Assembly (NCBI GenBank): GCA_029953675.1
Contig: JAMWBK010000006.1
Coordinates: 434,001 to 498,000 of the forward strand
Direction: 5' to 3'
Source: Rhodosorus marinus CCMP1338
Lineage: Eukaryota > Plantae > Rhodophyta
Length of the DNA stretch: 64,000 bases
Below the pieces are notes generated by a model. It did no database searches and was not told where the DNA came from. It saw only the letters and a list, made by a program, of their open reading frames with translations. The translations under genes and the position numbers were made by a program. Positions 60,727 through 64,000 of the stretch are shown here, one piece after another (the stretch's first letter is position 1; each line of letters starts with the position of its first letter).

Positions 60727-62515
60727 ATGATAAGTGAAGATCCACCTCTATTCTCTGTGGATAGAGCTGGGAGCGGCGACAAGTCCGAGAAGCCGATCTC
60801 GAGCAAGACGCATGAAGAGCGGCTGTTGGAGGAGGAGGTTTTTGGGCTTGGAGATTCTGCGATTTTTGTTGAAAATGATAAGGAAAAGGACGTAGTAAAG
60901 GAGCCAAAAAGGGCTTCGGTTTGGGAGGATGAGGATGACGAAGGTCTCGCAGTCGATGTCTCATCCAACAAGCGGCTGCGCAAGCTGCGCAAGACTACGG
61001 AGGACAAGGTATTATCAAGCGCTGACTATGGAGCAAGACTGAAGGAATTTCACAGAAGAGTAGCTGGTACAAAAGGCGCCTGGGCTAGTCTGAAACCGAA
61101 GCGAGTACAAGGTCATGGAGGTACGGAGCTGAGCGAAGACGAGTCGGACAATGAAGAACTACAAAAGCTGAAACAATCCACGCAAGTAAGCTGGAAGCAA
61201 GACAATTCAAACGCCAAGAACCTTAGACTTCAAACCGCTAACTGGATTTCCGACTTTCCTGACGTCTTTCTAGTCGATCATGAAGAAATCTGCGCATGGT
61301 CCACCTCCTCAAGGAGTTCTCGACATACGTCGACTTCGAAACGCAAACGCAGAAGACCCGTGCCGGTCTATTGTGACGACACTCCAGTTTCACCGCGACG
61401 GAAACGTCCTGATCGTTGGCGGGTTGGATAAAACTCTGCGCATCTTCAGCATTGACGGTGAAACGAATCCCAGGAAGCACGGAATCTTCCTCAGAGATCT
61501 TCCAATCCACACTGCAAAGTTTACAAAAGGAGGAGACGAGATCGTTGTTGCTGGCGAGAGGAAATACTTTTACCAGTTTGACATACAGAGCTCCGCGGTT
61601 CAGAAAATCTCTACACTCACTGATGGAGATGAGAAGGGTTTCAGGAAGTTCACCACCTCGTCAGACGGCCAGAAACTTGCTTTTCTGGGTTACAATGGAC
61701 GTATCCAGCTGCTATCTGCAGGTAGCAAACAGAAGATTGGCTTGGTCAAGATGAATGCGCATGTGAAAGATGCGGTCTTCTCTAATGAGGACAAGGAACT
61801 TTTGTCCGTTGGGGGTGAGAAAATAGTTCTCCAGACCAGCGTCTTTGTTGGTGTATCTACTAACTTGCGAAACCTCACATTTTGGTAATACGCTAGGTGA
61901 CGGAAACGTCTATCGCTGGGACGTCAGAACACAGAAATGCATTGAGCGACATCGCGACGAAGGGTGCGTTAGGGGTACAACTATTGGATCATCAATGAGA
62001 AAAGGACTATATGCGTGCGGTTCAGACTCTGGCGTGCTCAACCTCTACGAACGCGGAAATCCGACCCCGAGAAAGTCCTTTTTGAACCTGACAACACCGC
62101 TGGATGGCATCGAGTTCAGCTCTGATGGGGAGATTTGTGCGTTCTTCTCGAACACCCTGAAAAGTGCGTTCAGGTAAGGCAATCTGGAATCTTGACGATC
62201 GGCTTTCCAGTCGACTTCCCTCGCAGTTCAATGTTCTCCCCTCTTTTTTTGCTGGTCTCGGGAACGGTTAGTTAGAAACCGCTCCTGGTTGGGAATGTGA
62301 AGCGTGCTGACCCTCGTCTTTCCGGAACGGCTATTCTCTCTTCTAGGGTCGCCCACGTTGGTTCTGGAACTGTATTTTCGAACTGGCCAACGGAGGCTAC
62401 AAACTTGCGGAGAACGTTTTGTGCTGATTTTAGCCCGGGGAATGGATTCCTTGCGACAGGAAATGACAAAGGCAACGTTTGTTTGTTCAGACTGCATCAC
62501 TATGCTCCTCGCTAA
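60727..62515 (+). CDS. UTP18: U3 snoRNA-associated protein 18 (WD40), multi-exon
   Basis: VWEDEDDEG..V....KRLRKLRK...LS..DY..RL; RLRNANAE; LQFH....LIVGGLDKTLRIFSIDG.TN; IFLRDLPI; RKYFY.FDI; C-terminal GKV.LFRLHHY-type motif. Confidence 0.9.
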
Positions 62516-62858
62516 GACGAGTCCTGAGTGTTCCCTGACAAGAAACGGTACCTGGAGTCTTGAGGCAGTGTTAATATTGGTGTAGGGGAAGGTCTTCCAA
62601 AGCGGGAATGTGTAATAATACTAACTTATGGCTAATAAACCCCACGATCACGGATGGCCCTTCAAGCTCCTAGGTGGCGGCAGCCGCACAGCAAGGGAAG
62701 CTGCTCTATTATCTACGTCCGACCTCTGGCTAGCATTATTGCTAGCTGCCCGTCTTTTCCGCAGACATGGCCTCTATAAATGGGGTTGTTTCATTCCTGA
62801 TTTCCAGATCCTTTGCTTCTACGAAATCAAGACGTTTAATCTGGTTATATTCACATGC

Positions 62859-63893
62859 CTACTGTGCCTGTGACTTGGCCTCAATGATCTGATCGACTAG
62901 ACCATACTCTCTAGCCTGGTATGATGACATAAAGTTGTCTCGGTCCATATCCTGCAGCAGATTTTCGTACTCTTGACCAGTCATACGTGCATACTCGTGG
63001 GTCAGGTTCTCTCGAATTCGCAAGATCTGCTGGGCTTCGACCTGGATGTCCGACGCTTGTCCCTGGGCTCCTCCCATCGGCTGATGAATCATCACTCGCG
63101 AGTGTGGAAGTGCAAATCGTTTTCCCTATCAATCGAACATTGAGGTCGTACTTTAGAACGCTCTTTGAACTCCGATAAGGTCTAGCACTGTGACATGGTT
63201 ACCTTCGATCCTGCAGCGAGGAGGAATGAGGCCATAGAAGCGGCAAGTCCAACGTTGATTGTTACAATCTCAGACTTAATATGTTGCATGGTGTCAAAGA
63301 TCGCCATTCCTGCGATCACAGATCCTCCCGGAGAATTGATATACAGGTAAATGGGCTTCTCGCTGTCCTCCGATTCGAGATACAGCATAACTGCAATGAT
63401 CTGATTCGCGATCTGGCCAGAGAGAAAGAAGAGTTAAGCATGCACGTCGAGCCAAGTCAAGCTAACTGATTAGCACAGCTACCTCATCGTCAATCTCCTG
63501 TCCCAAAAAGATGATTCGCTCGCGGTACAGACGGTTGTAAATATCCACCCACTCAGCCTGTTGCCCTCCAGGCACACGATAAGCGACCTTGGGTACACCA
63601 ATAGGCATCATAGTCCATCGTGCTCTGCTAGCGCTGCTAAAACCAAGCAGCCCCATCAAAAGCAAGTCAGCACCACATATCCATTCAAAAAGAAACTCTC
63701 AAAGTGCAAAACCGCCATTGCACAGCCGAATTCGAAAGGAAAACCAAAACAAACGAAAAAAACAACTTCCAACTCACCTCTTCACCTCAGCGGTCGCGAA
63801 AACCTCCCCGTGAAACCCAGATCCCTGCATCCTACCGCAGAACGAGCTTGTGCTCGACCGCAAAGTACCCACTCCAGTCCCTACAAACGCCAT
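62859..63893 (-). CDS. clpP: Nuclear-encoded plastid ClpP protease subunit (ClpP1/cyanobacterial ClpP3-like), multi-exon
   Basis: Transit peptide [21 protein letters not shown].., then [30 protein letters not shown] and YINSPGG, with a complete triad: AASMAS (Ser), MIHQP (His), DMDRD (Asp). Confidence 0.95.
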
Positions 63894-64000
63894 TTCTCTC
63901 CCGCCCAAGATCTCACAAATCGCCCTCAATCCCCTCCCAAAAAGCTCTCCTTAATTCCCTCTTGTGACGATGAGGTTAGTAACCCAAACTCCTTTGATCC

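Overview
Eukaryotic nuclear DNA from a compact, intron-containing genome, with GT-AG introns of roughly 50-130 nt. It is most consistent with a mesophilic red alga. Several nuclear genes carry N-terminal extensions of the red-algal plastid transit-peptide type (MDSAFV.. on transketolase, MAFVG.. on ClpP, MGFV.. on a DUF1995 protein). The plastid-type ClpP is nuclear, and the alpha-amylase appears untargeted, which fits cytosolic floridean starch. The species cannot be determined from sequence alone. Recognisable genes in order: RIC1 (3' end off-window), DUF1995, SLC25 carrier, transketolase, L-galactono-1,4-lactone dehydrogenase, mitochondrial uL24, CDT2/DTL, DUF179, aldose 1-epimerase, GH13 alpha-amylase, C2H2 zinc-finger TF, Sulfotransfer_2 carbohydrate sulfotransferase, pfkB kinase, MFS sugar porter, GT39 protein O-mannosyltransferase, UTP18 and ClpP. 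There are also several low-confidence orphan genes. The 40.3-51.2 kb region is accessory and holds decayed REL-type non-LTR, MULE-like and hAT-like relics, a pair of tRNA-related structured elements with apparent covariation, and a 473-bp apparently identical inverted duplication of the zinc-finger gene's 5' part. Exon boundaries were read by eye. Spans of multi-exon genes run from start to stop, and relic coordinates are approximate. No CRISPR array, rRNA or canonical tRNA was found.
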